Assembly (NCBI GenBank): GCA_023474835.1
Contig: JAMCXQ010000005.1
Coordinates: 1-56,672 of the forward strand
Direction of reading: 5' to 3'
Length of the DNA: 56,672 nt
Source of the DNA: Patescibacteria group bacterium
GTDB lineage: Bacteria; Patescibacteriota; Minisyncoccia; Minisyncoccales; CG1-02-41-26
Each line of letters opens with the position of its first letter. The stretch's first letter is position 1. Below the pieces are notes generated by a model, which searched no databases, was not told the origin of the DNA, and saw only the letters and a program-made list of their open reading frames with translations. The position numbers and the translations under genes are program-made. Of the stretch, positions 35,332-45,286 are shown piece after piece.

Positions 35332-35955
35332 ATGAAAAACAAAACAATAACAATTATCGTTTTAATCATTTTGGTTGTTGTTTTGGCAGTGTCAATTAGC
35401 GTTTATTTTATCAAGCGAACGCCGGCGGTAAATCAAAAAGGAACAAAAAGCGGCGCGGAAGCGGGCAACCAAGCAAATGCCGGACAGCCGCAAAATAAGC
35501 TGATAACCGATGATTTTTCAGTTAATCTTCCCGCGGGCTGGAAACAGACAGCTCCTGCTATCGGGGCTTCGGCAATGGCCGTTTACGCGGATGAGAATAT
35601 CGCTGACCCGCAAGTTCAAAAAATAAATTTCAAAAGCTATTTCGCGGTGAGCTACGACACCCTTCAGGGGAAAAGTATGAACGATTATCTGCAAATCGTT
35701 AAAAACGGGCTTTTGCAAACCATTCCAAACGTTATTTTCACCAAAGAGCAGGATATAATGATAGGCGGCAGACCCGCCCGAGCGATGGAGGCGGAATTAA
35801 CCCAGCAGGGGGTAAATTTCAAGATTTTGATGGTGGTAATTGCCGGGCAAGGAGAAGATGTTTGGGTTCTGTCTTTTAACACAACCAAGGGCAGTTGGGA
35901 CGGATATAAAGAAATGTTTTATAATATAGCCGGCAGCTTTAGTTTGAAAAAGTAG
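35332..35955 (+). CDS. Membrane-anchored PsbP/Mog1-like protein
   Basis: N-terminal TM; FSVNLPAGWKQ, IGGRPA, C-terminal IAGSFSL. Confidence 0.65.
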   Translation: MKNKTITIIVLIILVVVLAVSISVYFIKRTPAVNQKGTKSGAEAGNQANAGQPQNKLITDDFSVNLPAGWKQTAPAIGASAMAVYADENIADPQVQKINFKSYFAVSYDTLQGKSMNDYLQIVKNGLLQTIPNVIFTKEQDIMIGGRPARAMEAELTQQGVNFKILMVVIAGQGEDVWVLSFNTTKGSWDGYKEMFYNIAGSFSLKK

Positions 35956-35991
35956 TTGACGAGTATACAATAAAATTAAAAAGAAGTATAA

Positions 35992-37266
35992 TTGTCAAAG
36001 GGAACGGAAATATCGCTGAATATGTTTGATAAAAAAGGCAAAGAAAAAAAGGTTTTGGAATCTTCGGGCAATATCATTTTAAAGTCCCGAAACGCTGTCC
36101 AAATTGGCGAAACACCCGCCAAAATAGTTTTGGGAAAAGAAAATTTCTCTGTTTTCCCTGAAAACCAGGGAATTTATTTGTTTTCTTATCGGGAGGTTAT
36201 TGATTTAATCCCCGCGGATTACCAGTTAAAACTTCTGTTCGACAAAAAAGAGCTGGTTATTTCCAAGCTTGGCTACCAATACGAAGATTTTGTGAGAATT
36301 TTCGTTAAATTGCGCAATGAAACAATTTTGAAAGACCTTTTGTTTCAGGAAACCCTGAAAAAAGCGGGGCTGGAGGCGGAGTTTTCTTATTTTGGCGCCG
36401 GGGGCGCCTTAAAACAGCAGGGGAAGGCGGAATTCAGGTTTTACCAAACCTCTTTGGCTGTTTTGCCCGAAAGCGGGGAGCTGATAAAGATTCCTTTGAG
36501 CGACGTTTCGGAAACGAAAACCGATAATTTCCAGATTGAAATCAGCATGGAAGGGGGCGAGAAAATCGTTATTGCCAAATTGGGAGAAAAATTTGATTTG
36601 TTTAAAGAAGCTTTGCGGGGCTGCCTTAACGAGCTTTCTTTGAACGTTCAGAATTTTGTTAAAGGGATTTGGCCGGAAATTGATTTTTCAGCTTTGAATG
36701 AAATTTCCCTACTGATAAAGGAAGGAAAAGCAACGAGCAAAAAAGCCATTGAAGCGGTTTCTCCTGATCTTTTCAAAAAACTGGAAGCGGCGCTAATGAA
36801 AACCGAAGTAAAAGAAGAATACGGTTTTTTGAAATCGCAGGGCAAGCAGGATAAAAGTGATATCGGTTTCAAAAAGGGGCTGATGGGCAAGCTAACCGGC
36901 GATTATTTTTGGTTTTTCATTCCCGTTTGCGGCAATGCCGTTGCCTTTGAAACAGCCGGCGAAAAAGAAACCGGCAGAGCGACCTATTTTTTCAGAGCGG
37001 GAGCAGCCAGCCAGACAGACGATTTAATTAAAAAAATCAACAGGGGCCTTTCGGCGATTAATTTCAGGAGAGAGCCGATTTATCTGCCCGAAGAAAAGCT
37101 GGAAGAGCCTGAATACGCCAAATATAAATTTTCCATGGCGAAAATTCCGGAAATCAAACTGATGAGAGAGCTTTTTATCGGCCGGATTATTCATAAAGAC
37201 GACAAACAATGGCAGGCGGACGTGAAAAAATTGCTTGAATTTAACGTTAAAGGTCGGGTTATTTAA
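35992..37266 (+). CDS. Hypothetical protein (possible PH-like repeats)
   Basis: 424-aa ORF with two ISKLG/IAKLG repeats and conserved-looking ATYFFR, INFRREPIYL, FIGRIIH. Confidence 0.7.
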   Translation: MSKGTEISLNMFDKKGKEKKVLESSGNIILKSRNAVQIGETPAKIVLGKENFSVFPENQGIYLFSYREVIDLIPADYQLKLLFDKKELVISKLGYQYEDFVRIFVKLRNETILKDLLFQETLKKAGLEAEFSYFGAGGALKQQGKAEFRFYQTSLAVLPESGELIKIPLSDVSETKTDNFQIEISMEGGEKIVIAKLGEKFDLFKEALRGCLNELSLNVQNFVKGIWPEIDFSALNEISLLIKEGKATSKKAIEAVSPDLFKKLEAALMKTEVKEEYGFLKSQGKQDKSDIGFKKGLMGKLTGDYFWFFIPVCGNAVAFETAGEKETGRATYFFRAGAASQTDDLIKKINRGLSAINFRREPIYLPEEKLEEPEYAKYKFSMAKIPEIKLMRELFIGRIIHKDDKQWQADVKKLLEFNVKGRVI

Positions 37267-37349
37267 TAAAGAGGAGCCGCAGAGTTTTCCATGTTTTCCA
37301 TAACCAATGGCAGGCTCGGATTGAAAAGCTCCGCGTTTCCTCAATAAAT

Positions 37350-37808
37350 ATGCATTCAAAAGGTCTTTTAGCCACGATTATAATAATCATCGCCATTGCG
37401 GTTGTTGTTGTGATTTTATGGAGGGGCGGATTTCTGTGGAAAGGCGCTGAAGAAACAATGCCTGTTTCTCCCACGTCAACCGAGGGGGCAGTAATGCCGC
37501 CAGCCGAAGACGAGGGGCAAACCAACGGAGGAGCGGGCGGACAAACAACAGCAGTAACGGGAGGCGACACCGGCAAGGTGACCGACGATATCTATGTGGA
37601 GATATTGGCCCAGAGTTCAACGCTGCAAGTGCAGACCGACCCAAAGGGTTGGGCCGCGCATATGAAGGATTTATACGCGCAATACGGCATAACCGAAGAG
37701 AACATCAGGGCCTATGGGGAGGAATTAGCCAAAGATCCCCAGCGCGCCCAGGAAGTTTCGCAAAGGTATATGCAACGGGCTTTGGAGCTGCGGCAAGCCG
37801 GACAATAA
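37350..37808 (+). CDS. Membrane-anchored hypothetical protein
   Basis: N-terminal TM, low-complexity linker, helical C-terminal domain. Confidence 0.7.
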   Translation: MHSKGLLATIIIIIAIAVVVVILWRGGFLWKGAEETMPVSPTSTEGAVMPPAEDEGQTNGGAGGQTTAVTGGDTGKVTDDIYVEILAQSSTLQVQTDPKGWAAHMKDLYAQYGITEENIRAYGEELAKDPQRAQEVSQRYMQRALELRQAGQ

Positions 37809-37819
37809 TTTTTCGGTTC

Positions 37820-37860
37820 AGGAACAGGATGCGCCGGTTTTTCCGGCGTATCCTGTTCCT
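37820..37860. terminator. Strong hairpin, probable terminator
   Basis: AGGAACAGGATGCGCCGG..CCGGCGTATCCTGTTCCT. Confidence 0.7.
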
Positions 37861-37891
37861 TAAAATTTTTTGGCGACATTTTTCAAACAAT

Positions 37892-40084
37892 ATGACAACA
37901 AAAATAAAAATTTATTTGGCTTGCGCGGCTGTGCTTGCCGGCGGCCTATTGGGTAATTTCGTTTTTGCCCAGCAGGCCCTGCCTTCGGGCGGCGGGGATT
38001 TTACGCAAGCGGCGGCAATCGGGTATGGGGCATACCAGGGTACGCTTGCTCCGGGAGCTGACTTTTATTACCAAACAGAAGTAAAAACCGGCCAGGAAAT
38101 AAATATTAAAGGCGGTTTCGGCTTGGCGGGAGGTGAAAATATGTATTCGTGGGGCAATGTGTACGTTTATGACAAAAACAAACAGGAATTGTTCAGCGAA
38201 TACGGCGCAGGGGGAACAATGGGGCCTTGGTTGAGCAAGTCCGACCAGATTTTGTATATTAGAATGTTAAACGAACAAACCGAAGACATCCTTACTTATG
38301 ATTTGGAAATTACCCTGCAGAACCGTTTTGACGCAGCCAGCCAGACCGACGCGGGCGACACTTTTGAAAAGGCACTTCCGATTGCTTTTGGCAGCTATAC
38401 CGGATATCTGGCCGGCGTGAGCGTTATGCAGACGCCGTACGGAGACGATTTCAGGGATTATTATAAAATTTCAGTGAAAAAAGGAATATCTTACGAATTT
38501 AAATTAACGCCGTTGTCAGCCGAAGACGAAGCCATACTGGAATTATACAACGCAAACAGGGAATTAATAGATGAAAAAACTTCTCCAAACAAAGGGGCTG
38601 TTGCTTCTTTGTCGCTGACGCCCCAGGCCAATACCAGTGTTTATCTGGCTGTTGGCTGCGGTTATAAGGCCGGAATTTTCAGCTACAAACTGGAAGCCAA
38701 ATCTTCGGCTGTTTTAACGAAATTCTATAACTGCAAAGACAGCGTTTGCGGGTTTGCCGGAAGCTATTCTTCTTTGCAGGAATGCCAGCAGGCAACTGCA
38801 AAAGCCTGCTATCAAACTTCGGATTGCGCCGGAAAGTGCAAGGGGGCTGAGCCGGTTGCCTGCTCTTCGGATTCCGATTGTCCGGCAGATTATCCTTCCT
38901 GTGTAGGCGGCAAGTGCGTTGATATGGGAGAAAAACCCCCTGTCGGCGTTTGCCAAAGCGAATGCAACTCGGGGCAGACAAAATGTTTTGATAATTTTAA
39001 TTACTATAAATGCGGCGATTACAACAAAGATGGCTGTTTTGAATGGGCTTCACCGGTTTACTGCGGCGAAGGTAATAAATGCGCCAGCGGAAAATGCGCC
39101 AAAGCGCAGGGATGCCAGTGTTCGCAGTGGCAGGGCGCGGAATGCGGAGCTTCCGGGTGCGCGCAAGATCAAACGGCCGAAACCAGAATTTGCGCGCCAG
39201 CCGCCTGTGATATTGAAAAAATATGCCAAAGCGACGCTTCCTGCCAAATTATGCCTCCGCCCCTTCCGCCCTCCGGCATTGATGTTGGCACGGGCACGGG
39301 GGCAGGCTGGTTCAAATCGTTTCGCAGCGGTTTTAATGTTTGGCATTGGTTCGGCGGGTTTTATATAATTTTTTGGATTTTAATTTACGTGTACTCGTCC
39401 TTTTGCCTGCAAACTTTGGCCAGGAAAACAGGCACAAAAGACGGCTGGATGGCCTGGGTGCCGTTTGCCAATATCTTTCTGGCGCTTCGCATCGCCCAAA
39501 AACCATTGTGGTGGTTCATATTGGTTTTGATTTCAATCGTTAACATCGTTGTTGGAGTTATCGTCTGGATGAAAATAGCCGAAAGAAGGGGCAAACCGGA
39601 CTGGTGGGGGATTTTAATGATTATTCCGGTTGTCAACATTGTTGTTCTTGGCTGTTTGGCGTTTTCCAACGGCTCGGGCGGCGGGCAAAAAACAGCGCCT
39701 GCCCCGTATGCGGAACAGGCAGGAGGAACGCAGGAAGCGAATAAGCCGGTTGTCGGCTATAAACACGCCTGCAAATACTGCGATAAACTGATTCCGCCCA
39801 ACTCCAACATTTGCCCTTTTTGCAAAAAGTCAAATCCCCTGGGGCCTTGTCGCTGCCCCAAGTGCCGCGAACCAATAGAAAAAGAGTGGCAGGTATGCGC
39901 GAAGTGCAACCAGGATTTGCGCATTGTCTGCCCTTTTTGCAAAAAGGTTACTTTTTTCGGCGACCATTGCGAGGACTGCGGCGCCCGGCTTTTAATAACT
40001 TGCCCTAATTGCGGCCAGGAACAGCCGCCCTTGGGCGACAAGTGCATCAAGTGCGGCCAGGCGCTTGAGAAGCCGGATAAGTAA
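37892..40084 (+). CDS. Multidomain membrane protein: PPC-like domains, Cys-rich region, DUF5684-like TM bundle, C-terminal zinc ribbons
   Basis: Signal peptide; DFRDYYKI PPC-like; WMAWVPFAN TM motif; about 8 CxxC pairs at the C-terminus. Confidence 0.75.
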   Translation: MTTKIKIYLACAAVLAGGLLGNFVFAQQALPSGGGDFTQAAAIGYGAYQGTLAPGADFYYQTEVKTGQEINIKGGFGLAGGENMYSWGNVYVYDKNKQELFSEYGAGGTMGPWLSKSDQILYIRMLNEQTEDILTYDLEITLQNRFDAASQTDAGDTFEKALPIAFGSYTGYLAGVSVMQTPYGDDFRDYYKISVKKGISYEFKLTPLSAEDEAILELYNANRELIDEKTSPNKGAVASLSLTPQANTSVYLAVGCGYKAGIFSYKLEAKSSAVLTKFYNCKDSVCGFAGSYSSLQECQQATAKACYQTSDCAGKCKGAEPVACSSDSDCPADYPSCVGGKCVDMGEKPPVGVCQSECNSGQTKCFDNFNYYKCGDYNKDGCFEWASPVYCGEGNKCASGKCAKAQGCQCSQWQGAECGASGCAQDQTAETRICAPAACDIEKICQSDASCQIMPPPLPPSGIDVGTGTGAGWFKSFRSGFNVWHWFGGFYIIFWILIYVYSSFCLQTLARKTGTKDGWMAWVPFANIFLALRIAQKPLWWFILVLISIVNIVVGVIVWMKIAERRGKPDWWGILMIIPVVNIVVLGCLAFSNGSGGGQKTAPAPYAEQAGGTQEANKPVVGYKHACKYCDKLIPPNSNICPFCKKSNPLGPCRCPKCREPIEKEWQVCAKCNQDLRIVCPFCKKVTFFGDHCEDCGARLLITCPNCGQEQPPLGDKCIKCGQALEKPDK

Positions 40085-40126
40085 TAATTTCGTAATTTAG
40101 AAATTAAAAATTAAAAATTTTAGCAT

Positions 40127-40795
40127 ATGGCTTTACAACCTTTTACCGACAATTTCGCCGACAATTCAACGGAAGCGGGGTTCCAGTTCACTTTCTTTTG
40201 CGCCATCTGCAAAGAGGGCTACAAAACAAAGTTCATCGCCTCAAAATCATACAGCAAAGGCAGGTTTTTGAAGGGGCTTGGCGGAATTTTGGGGGCGGCC
40301 GCCCAGATAGCGGGCAGATCGGGCATTGGCTACGGGATTGAAAAGGGAACCGACGTCGTCAGTGAAAGATTTTCCGGTATGTCTCCGGAATGGCAAAAAG
40401 AGCACGACGCGGCTTTTGAAAGCGCCCAGGTTGAAGCAAAGGCGCATTTTTTCCGCTGTCCAAAATGCACCGCATGGGTTTGTGAAAACGACTGGAACGA
40501 ACAGGAAGGCCTTTGCACAAGCTGCGGCCCAAGGGAAGCCGTTGAAGTGGCTTCGGCCAGAGCGAAGAAAAAATCCAAGGATATTGCGGCCAAAGCCGAG
40601 GCAACCCAGGTTTTCACCGGCCCCATAGAAAGCAAACAAACCCTGTGCCCGGCCTGCGGGAAACCGGCCGGAACAGGCAAATTCTGTATAAACTGCGGGA
40701 CTTCTTTGAAGCTGGTTGAATGCGCGAAATGCGGAGCGAAAAATCTGGCGGGTACCGGCTTTTGCGGCGAATGCGGGAAAAAGCTTTCAAAATAA
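40127..40795 (+). CDS. Double zinc ribbon protein
   Basis: CAIC, CPKC, CTSC, CPAC, CINC, CAKC, CGEC. Confidence 0.85.
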   Translation: MALQPFTDNFADNSTEAGFQFTFFCAICKEGYKTKFIASKSYSKGRFLKGLGGILGAAAQIAGRSGIGYGIEKGTDVVSERFSGMSPEWQKEHDAAFESAQVEAKAHFFRCPKCTAWVCENDWNEQEGLCTSCGPREAVEVASARAKKKSKDIAAKAEATQVFTGPIESKQTLCPACGKPAGTGKFCINCGTSLKLVECAKCGAKNLAGTGFCGECGKKLSK

Positions 40796-40832
40796 ATTTC
40801 CAATTTACATTAGCTCTAATGGCAAATTTGCG

Positions 40833-40860
40833 GCAGGCGGGGAGAGTCCCCGCCTGCTTT
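40833..40860 (+). terminator. Intrinsic terminator
   Basis: GCAGGCGGGGA-GAG-TCCCCGCCTGC-TTT. Confidence 0.75.
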
Positions 40861-40922
40861 ATTTTCATTATTTTTCAGTTTGATTTGTGAATTAAATTTG
40901 GTAAAATGATAGAATATAAAAT

Positions 40923-41516
40923 ATGGCAAAAGTAGAAATTCTGGTTAAAGGTTACGCAAAAGAAAAAAACGGGGAAGAGTTTGCTTCCTCCGCAGTTACT
41001 TTAATTCAGGAAAATAATCTGAATATGATTGTTGACCCCGGAATGGACAGGGGAGCGTTGTTAGCTGGTTTAGTAGGGGCGGGATTAAAACAAGAAGATA
41101 TCAATTTTGTCATTGTGACCCATACTCATTTAGACCACTCTCTTTTGGCTGGTATTTTTGAAAATGCTGAAATTTTAGACGATAGCAATGTGTATTTTTT
41201 TGACGGCAAGATAGCTGGGCACGAAGGCAAAATTCCGAATACCGGCATAGAAATTATTAAAACACCCGGACATGGCCAATTCCATTGTTCTGTTTTGGTG
41301 GAAACAGAGAATTTGGGTAAAGTGGTTATTGCCGGCGATGTGTTTTGGTGGCTAGATGAAGAAGAACAAAAAACAGACAAACAAAGTTTATTGGAGCATA
41401 AAGACCCTTATGTAAAAGACGAAAAAGCATTAAAGGAGAGCAGAGAAAAAATTCTAAATCTGGCCGGCTATATTGTTCCCGGGCATGGCGAGATGTTTAA
41501 GGTTGGAAAAACGTAA
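40923..41516 (+). CDS. MBL-fold metallo-hydrolase
   Basis: THTHLDH, TPGH, AGD, VPGHG. Confidence 0.92.
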   Translation: MAKVEILVKGYAKEKNGEEFASSAVTLIQENNLNMIVDPGMDRGALLAGLVGAGLKQEDINFVIVTHTHLDHSLLAGIFENAEILDDSNVYFFDGKIAGHEGKIPNTGIEIIKTPGHGQFHCSVLVETENLGKVVIAGDVFWWLDEEEQKTDKQSLLEHKDPYVKDEKALKESREKILNLAGYIVPGHGEMFKVGKT

Positions 41517-41532
41517 AATGACAAAGCCGGTT

Positions 41533-43413
41533 AAATTAAAACTGCAAAAAACAATCAGAGTTAAGCCGGCAAAGCCGAGGGTTCGATTTCAATATCAATA
41601 AAATTGATGAAACATAAATTTTTCAATAAAGAAATCACCGGAATATTTACGATACCTTCCGGCATTATTTCAACCGAAGTATCGGTGATTGAGAAAATCG
41701 CCAAAGAGATTCCTGAAGTCGGTATACTTACTACAAAAAGCATTGGGTTAAAACCAAAAAAAGGAAACAAAGAGCCGATTATAGCGGAGTATGCGCCATT
41801 TTCCTTTATTAATGCCGTCGGGCTTTCCAACCCGGGGGTAGAAGAATTTGAAAAAAAACTATCAAAGATAAAAACTCCCGATGATAAATTTTTATTAATA
41901 TCGGTTTTCGGGGACAGCGTCAATGAATTTAGAGAAATCGCAGAAAGGTTATACAATTGGGCAGATGGTTTTGAATTAAACATTTCCTGCCCCCACTCCG
42001 AAAAATATGGTCAGGTCATAGGGCAGGATGAAAAATTAGTGGGAGAGATAACGAAAAAAGTTGTTTCTCTTGGGAAGCCGGTATTTGTTAAGATTTCAGC
42101 AGGTTTAAATATCAAAGGGATTGTGGAATGTGTCGTGAGAAAGGGCGCTTCCGGGATAACAGCGATAAACACCAAGGGCCCAGAATTATTTTTGCGCAAT
42201 AATTCTCCGATTCTTTCCAATAGAACAGGCGGAATTTCCGGGAAGGCGATTTTAGAACTTGGTTTAAAAAGCGTAAAAGAGATAAGGCGCATTACGAACT
42301 TGCCCGTGATAGCATGTGGTGGCATTACGACGGCTGAAGATGTGAAAAGCTACAAGCAGGCTGGAGCGGACTTTTTTGGGGTAGGTTCCGCATTAGCGGG
42401 AATGAATACAGAAGAAATAAAACAGTATTTCCACCAATTGTTTTTGGATTTAGAAAAAGAAACGAACAACGCGACTGCCCTGTTAAAAGATAAGTTGAGA
42501 ATGGGATATAAAGAGTATAGAGTAATGGAAAATCAACGAATATCTGAAGATTTATTTATTTTAAAGTTAGATAGCGGCATAAATACAGAAACAGGGCAAT
42601 TCATTTTTGCTTGGTTGTCGGGAACAGGAGAAAAACCATTTTCTATTTTCGACGATGACCCTTTGACTTTGCTTGTTCAAAAAAGGGGCTGCTTTACGAA
42701 TGCGTTATCAAAATTAAATAGTGGGGATAATTTATATATAAGAGGACCATACGGAAACTCTCTAAACATAAACGGGAAAATTTTGTTGGTGGGTGGTGGA
42801 ACCGGTATCGCAGCGCTTTACCTGTTTGCTAAAAGGAATAAGAAAATAACTGCCATATTAGGGGCAAAGGATAAGAATCACTTGCTTTATGCTGAAAGGT
42901 TTAAGTTGGTATGTGAAGAACTTTTCTTTGCCACAGAAAATGGCGAAGTGGGTTATAAGGGTTTGGTGACGGATAAATTGGAAGAGATTATAGAGAAAAC
43001 ACGGCCTGAGTATTGCATAAATTGCGGCCCGGAACCTATGGTAAGAAAAGCCATAAAAAAGGAAAGTAAATATATGAATCCGGAGAAAATTTATTCTTCA
43101 ATAGATTTTTTAACGAAATGCGGGGTTGGCTTATGCGGAAGTTGTGCGACTTCAAAAGGTTATAGAAGCTGTATTGACGGTAATTTTTTAAAAAATGAAC
43201 AAATTTAAAAACAATTTTTCCATTAAATATGATTGAAAAAACTTTTAACGACAAAAAATATTACGGATTGACCGAAGAAGAATGCAGGAAACTTTTGAAG
43301 CTTGGGGGCGAGGCGATAAAGAATACTTATCCCGAAAGCAAACAAGGCTTTTCCGTTGCTTTACCGATAAAATTAAAACTGCAAAAAACAACCAGGGTTA
43401 AGCCAGCAAAACC
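41533..43413. repeat. 44-bp direct repeats flanking the pyrD-pyrK cassette
   Basis: 41533-41576 versus 43370-43413, 40/44 identical; both encode KLKLQKTxRVKPAKP. Confidence 0.85.
41604..43208 (+). CDS. pyrD: Dihydroorotate dehydrogenase class 1B catalytic domain fused to the electron-transfer subunit (PyrD-PyrK)
   Basis: TTKS, NAVGLSNPG, ELNISCPH, AINT, GGISG; then EKPFS, RGPYG, GGGTG, CGP, CGVGLCGSC..C [2Fe-2S]. Confidence 0.88.
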   Translation: MMKHKFFNKEITGIFTIPSGIISTEVSVIEKIAKEIPEVGILTTKSIGLKPKKGNKEPIIAEYAPFSFINAVGLSNPGVEEFEKKLSKIKTPDDKFLLISVFGDSVNEFREIAERLYNWADGFELNISCPHSEKYGQVIGQDEKLVGEITKKVVSLGKPVFVKISAGLNIKGIVECVVRKGASGITAINTKGPELFLRNNSPILSNRTGGISGKAILELGLKSVKEIRRITNLPVIACGGITTAEDVKSYKQAGADFFGVGSALAGMNTEEIKQYFHQLFLDLEKETNNATALLKDKLRMGYKEYRVMENQRISEDLFILKLDSGINTETGQFIFAWLSGTGEKPFSIFDDDPLTLLVQKRGCFTNALSKLNSGDNLYIRGPYGNSLNINGKILLVGGGTGIAALYLFAKRNKKITAILGAKDKNHLLYAERFKLVCEELFFATENGEVGYKGLVTDKLEEIIEKTRPEYCINCGPEPMVRKAIKKESKYMNPEKIYSSIDFLTKCGVGLCGSCATSKGYRSCIDGNFLKNEQI

Positions 43414-43852
43414 CTTTGCTTTTGACCCGACTTTCCACAAACCCGACCATTTTACCTCGGGGGATAACTACTGGGAGCCGGGCGTTCGCTGGCAAGCCTG
43501 GAATTGGCAGGGGAAATGCCTTGGCATTAAGTTTTCAAACAAAGGAACCGCGCTGCCAGTCCGCTTGTTGAAATAAAGATTTACGCCAAAGACAAGTTGG
43601 CGGGAGATTTTGTTGATTCACTGGTTGGAGAAATAAAATATCTCTATAATTTTGATTTAGACCTTGCTGATTTTTACAAAATTGTTTTTTGGCCGCAGCC
43701 CGGATAATCCCGCGCCGGTTGAAAAACTGCTGAGGCATTTTGGAAAGTACGGAAAATACAAGCAGCTTGTCGTGCACTATATCTGGGAAGATTTGTTCTG
43801 GAAAAGAAAAAATGAAAAAATCCCGTGGCTGAAAAAAGAAATCCGCGTTTAA
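43229..43852 (+). pseudogene. Chimeric/deleted gene: cytidine-deaminase-like N-terminus fused to fragments of an HhH-GPD-like glycosylase
   Basis: LLKLGGEAIKNTYP..FSVAL joins the repeat-encoded KLKLQK..FDPTFHKPDHF; C-terminal fragment at 43664-43852 (GKYKQLVVHYIWEDLFW). Confidence 0.5.
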
Positions 43853-43856
43853 CGGC

Positions 43857-44440
43857 GTGCTGCGCCGTTTTCTTTTTAAAGATATGAAGAAATCAATCTG
43901 GGGCAAAGGCGATAAAATTACGCTTTCTGTTCTACGGAAACTAAAACCGCGAGGCGCGTGGCTTGACCTTGCGGCCGGAGACGGACGTTACGCGCCAACG
44001 TTGCTTAAAACAGTTAATTCTTTAGTTGTCGCGGATAAGGACAAAAAAATCTTCAAACTTTAAAAACTCGCGTAAGCCCAGAAAACGTCCACAGCAAGAC
44101 ATTGGATATAACGAAAGAACTTCCTTTTCAAAACGAGGTTTTCGATGGTGTTTTCTGTGCCGGAACACTGCACCTTTTTACGTTTAACATCCTGCGACGA
44201 ATATTTTCTGAAATAAACAGAGTGCTTCGACCGGGAGGCCTCCTGATTTTTGACTTTGCCGTGGACATCAAACGGCAGTATATAAAACCAACAGCCAAAA
44301 AGGAAAAGTCGCTGTATTCATACAGAAAAGCAAAGAGTATAATTTTAAAAAACCTAAAGGGCTATCGTATCAACACGAGCAAATCCCGTTTCTTTGACGA
44401 TTTGTCTGGAACTCCCGGATACTACCGAATCACAACTTGA
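43857..44440 (+). pseudogene. Frameshifted class I SAM-dependent methyltransferase
   Basis: WLDLAAGDGR in the first ORF; ELPFQNEVFDGV..RVLRPGG in a second frame. Confidence 0.8.
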
Positions 44441-44565
44441 TCAAAATTCTTCTTATAATTAAGATTTACAGTATTCGGCTTGAGTCCTCAAAAAAGCATT
44501 ATGTTTTATTTGGGGAGTTAAAGATTAAAAAAGGATAAATCCGCCGTTATTTAAAGGAAGAGGTA

Positions 44566-44593
44566 TTGACATTTGTAGTAAATTTATTACACT
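44566..44593 (+). promoter_or_regulatory. TA promoter with palindromic operator
   Basis: TTGACA-16-TACACT overlapping the near-palindrome TGTAGTAAATTTATTACA (44574-44591). Confidence 0.6.
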
Positions 44594-44598
44594 TGATT

Positions 44599-44934
44599 AT
44601 GAAAGTTAGTTTGAGAGAAATACGCAATTATCAAACCGTATCAAACGATATTCCGTTCAGAGAGTGGTTATTTTCGCTCAAAGACAAAAAAGCTCGTGCC
44701 GCAATTTATGCGCGGATTGACCGTTTACGTCAGGGAGATTTCGGCGATTATAAAAGTTTGGGAGGGGAGATAAATGAATTAAGAATCCACTACGGCTCCG
44801 GTTTCCGTCTTTACTTTGGCGAATTGGGGCATACGATTATCATTTTGCTTTGCGGTGGAGCCAAAAAGTCGCAAAAACGCGACATAAAAAGAGCCGAAGA
44901 ATACTGGCAAGACTTTAAAAATCGCAATTTATGA
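44599..44934 (+). CDS. Type II TA toxin, RelE/ParE (HI1419-like addiction module killer)
   Basis: PFREWL..ARIDRL..GDFGDYK..ELRIHYGSGFRLYF, LLCGG..QKRDI. Confidence 0.92.
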   Translation: MKVSLREIRNYQTVSNDIPFREWLFSLKDKKARAAIYARIDRLRQGDFGDYKSLGGEINELRIHYGSGFRLYFGELGHTIIILLCGGAKKSQKRDIKRAEEYWQDFKNRNL

Positions 44935-45272
44935 ACAAAAAATTATACAACAGAATATTAAGAAACACCGCCAGCTATCAGGAAATGTTCACAAATGACT
45001 TGAAAGATAAAGAGTTCGCCCGAATTTATCTTGAAGCCGCTTTTGGAGAATATCAAAAAGACGGCAACACCAATGCTTTGTTATTGGCGATGAAAGATGT
45101 GGCTCAAGCTCAGGGCGGAGTTGGCAAGTTAGCTAAAAAAACCACTATCAGTCGTGAACATCTTTACGATATTTTGGCGAGTAAACATAACCCTCGTTTG
45201 GACAATTGGCTGAATATTATTTTAGGACTCGGTTTTCGTATTCGTTTGGAATCGCAAGATGCCGTTGTTTAA
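44931..45272 (+). CDS. Addiction module antidote (HI1420-like HTH antitoxin)
   Basis: DVAQAQGGVGKLA..SREHLY..NPRL; ATGA overlap with the toxin gene. Confidence 0.9.
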   Translation: MNKKLYNRILRNTASYQEMFTNDLKDKEFARIYLEAAFGEYQKDGNTNALLLAMKDVAQAQGGVGKLAKKTTISREHLYDILASKHNPRLDNWLNIILGLGFRIRLESQDAVV

Positions 45273-45286
45273 AACAAACAAAAATT

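Noticed and set aside
21236..44500. Prophage or integrase-driven island with attR
   Set aside because: No integrase, phage structural genes or duplicated tRNA-Gln 3' end were seen
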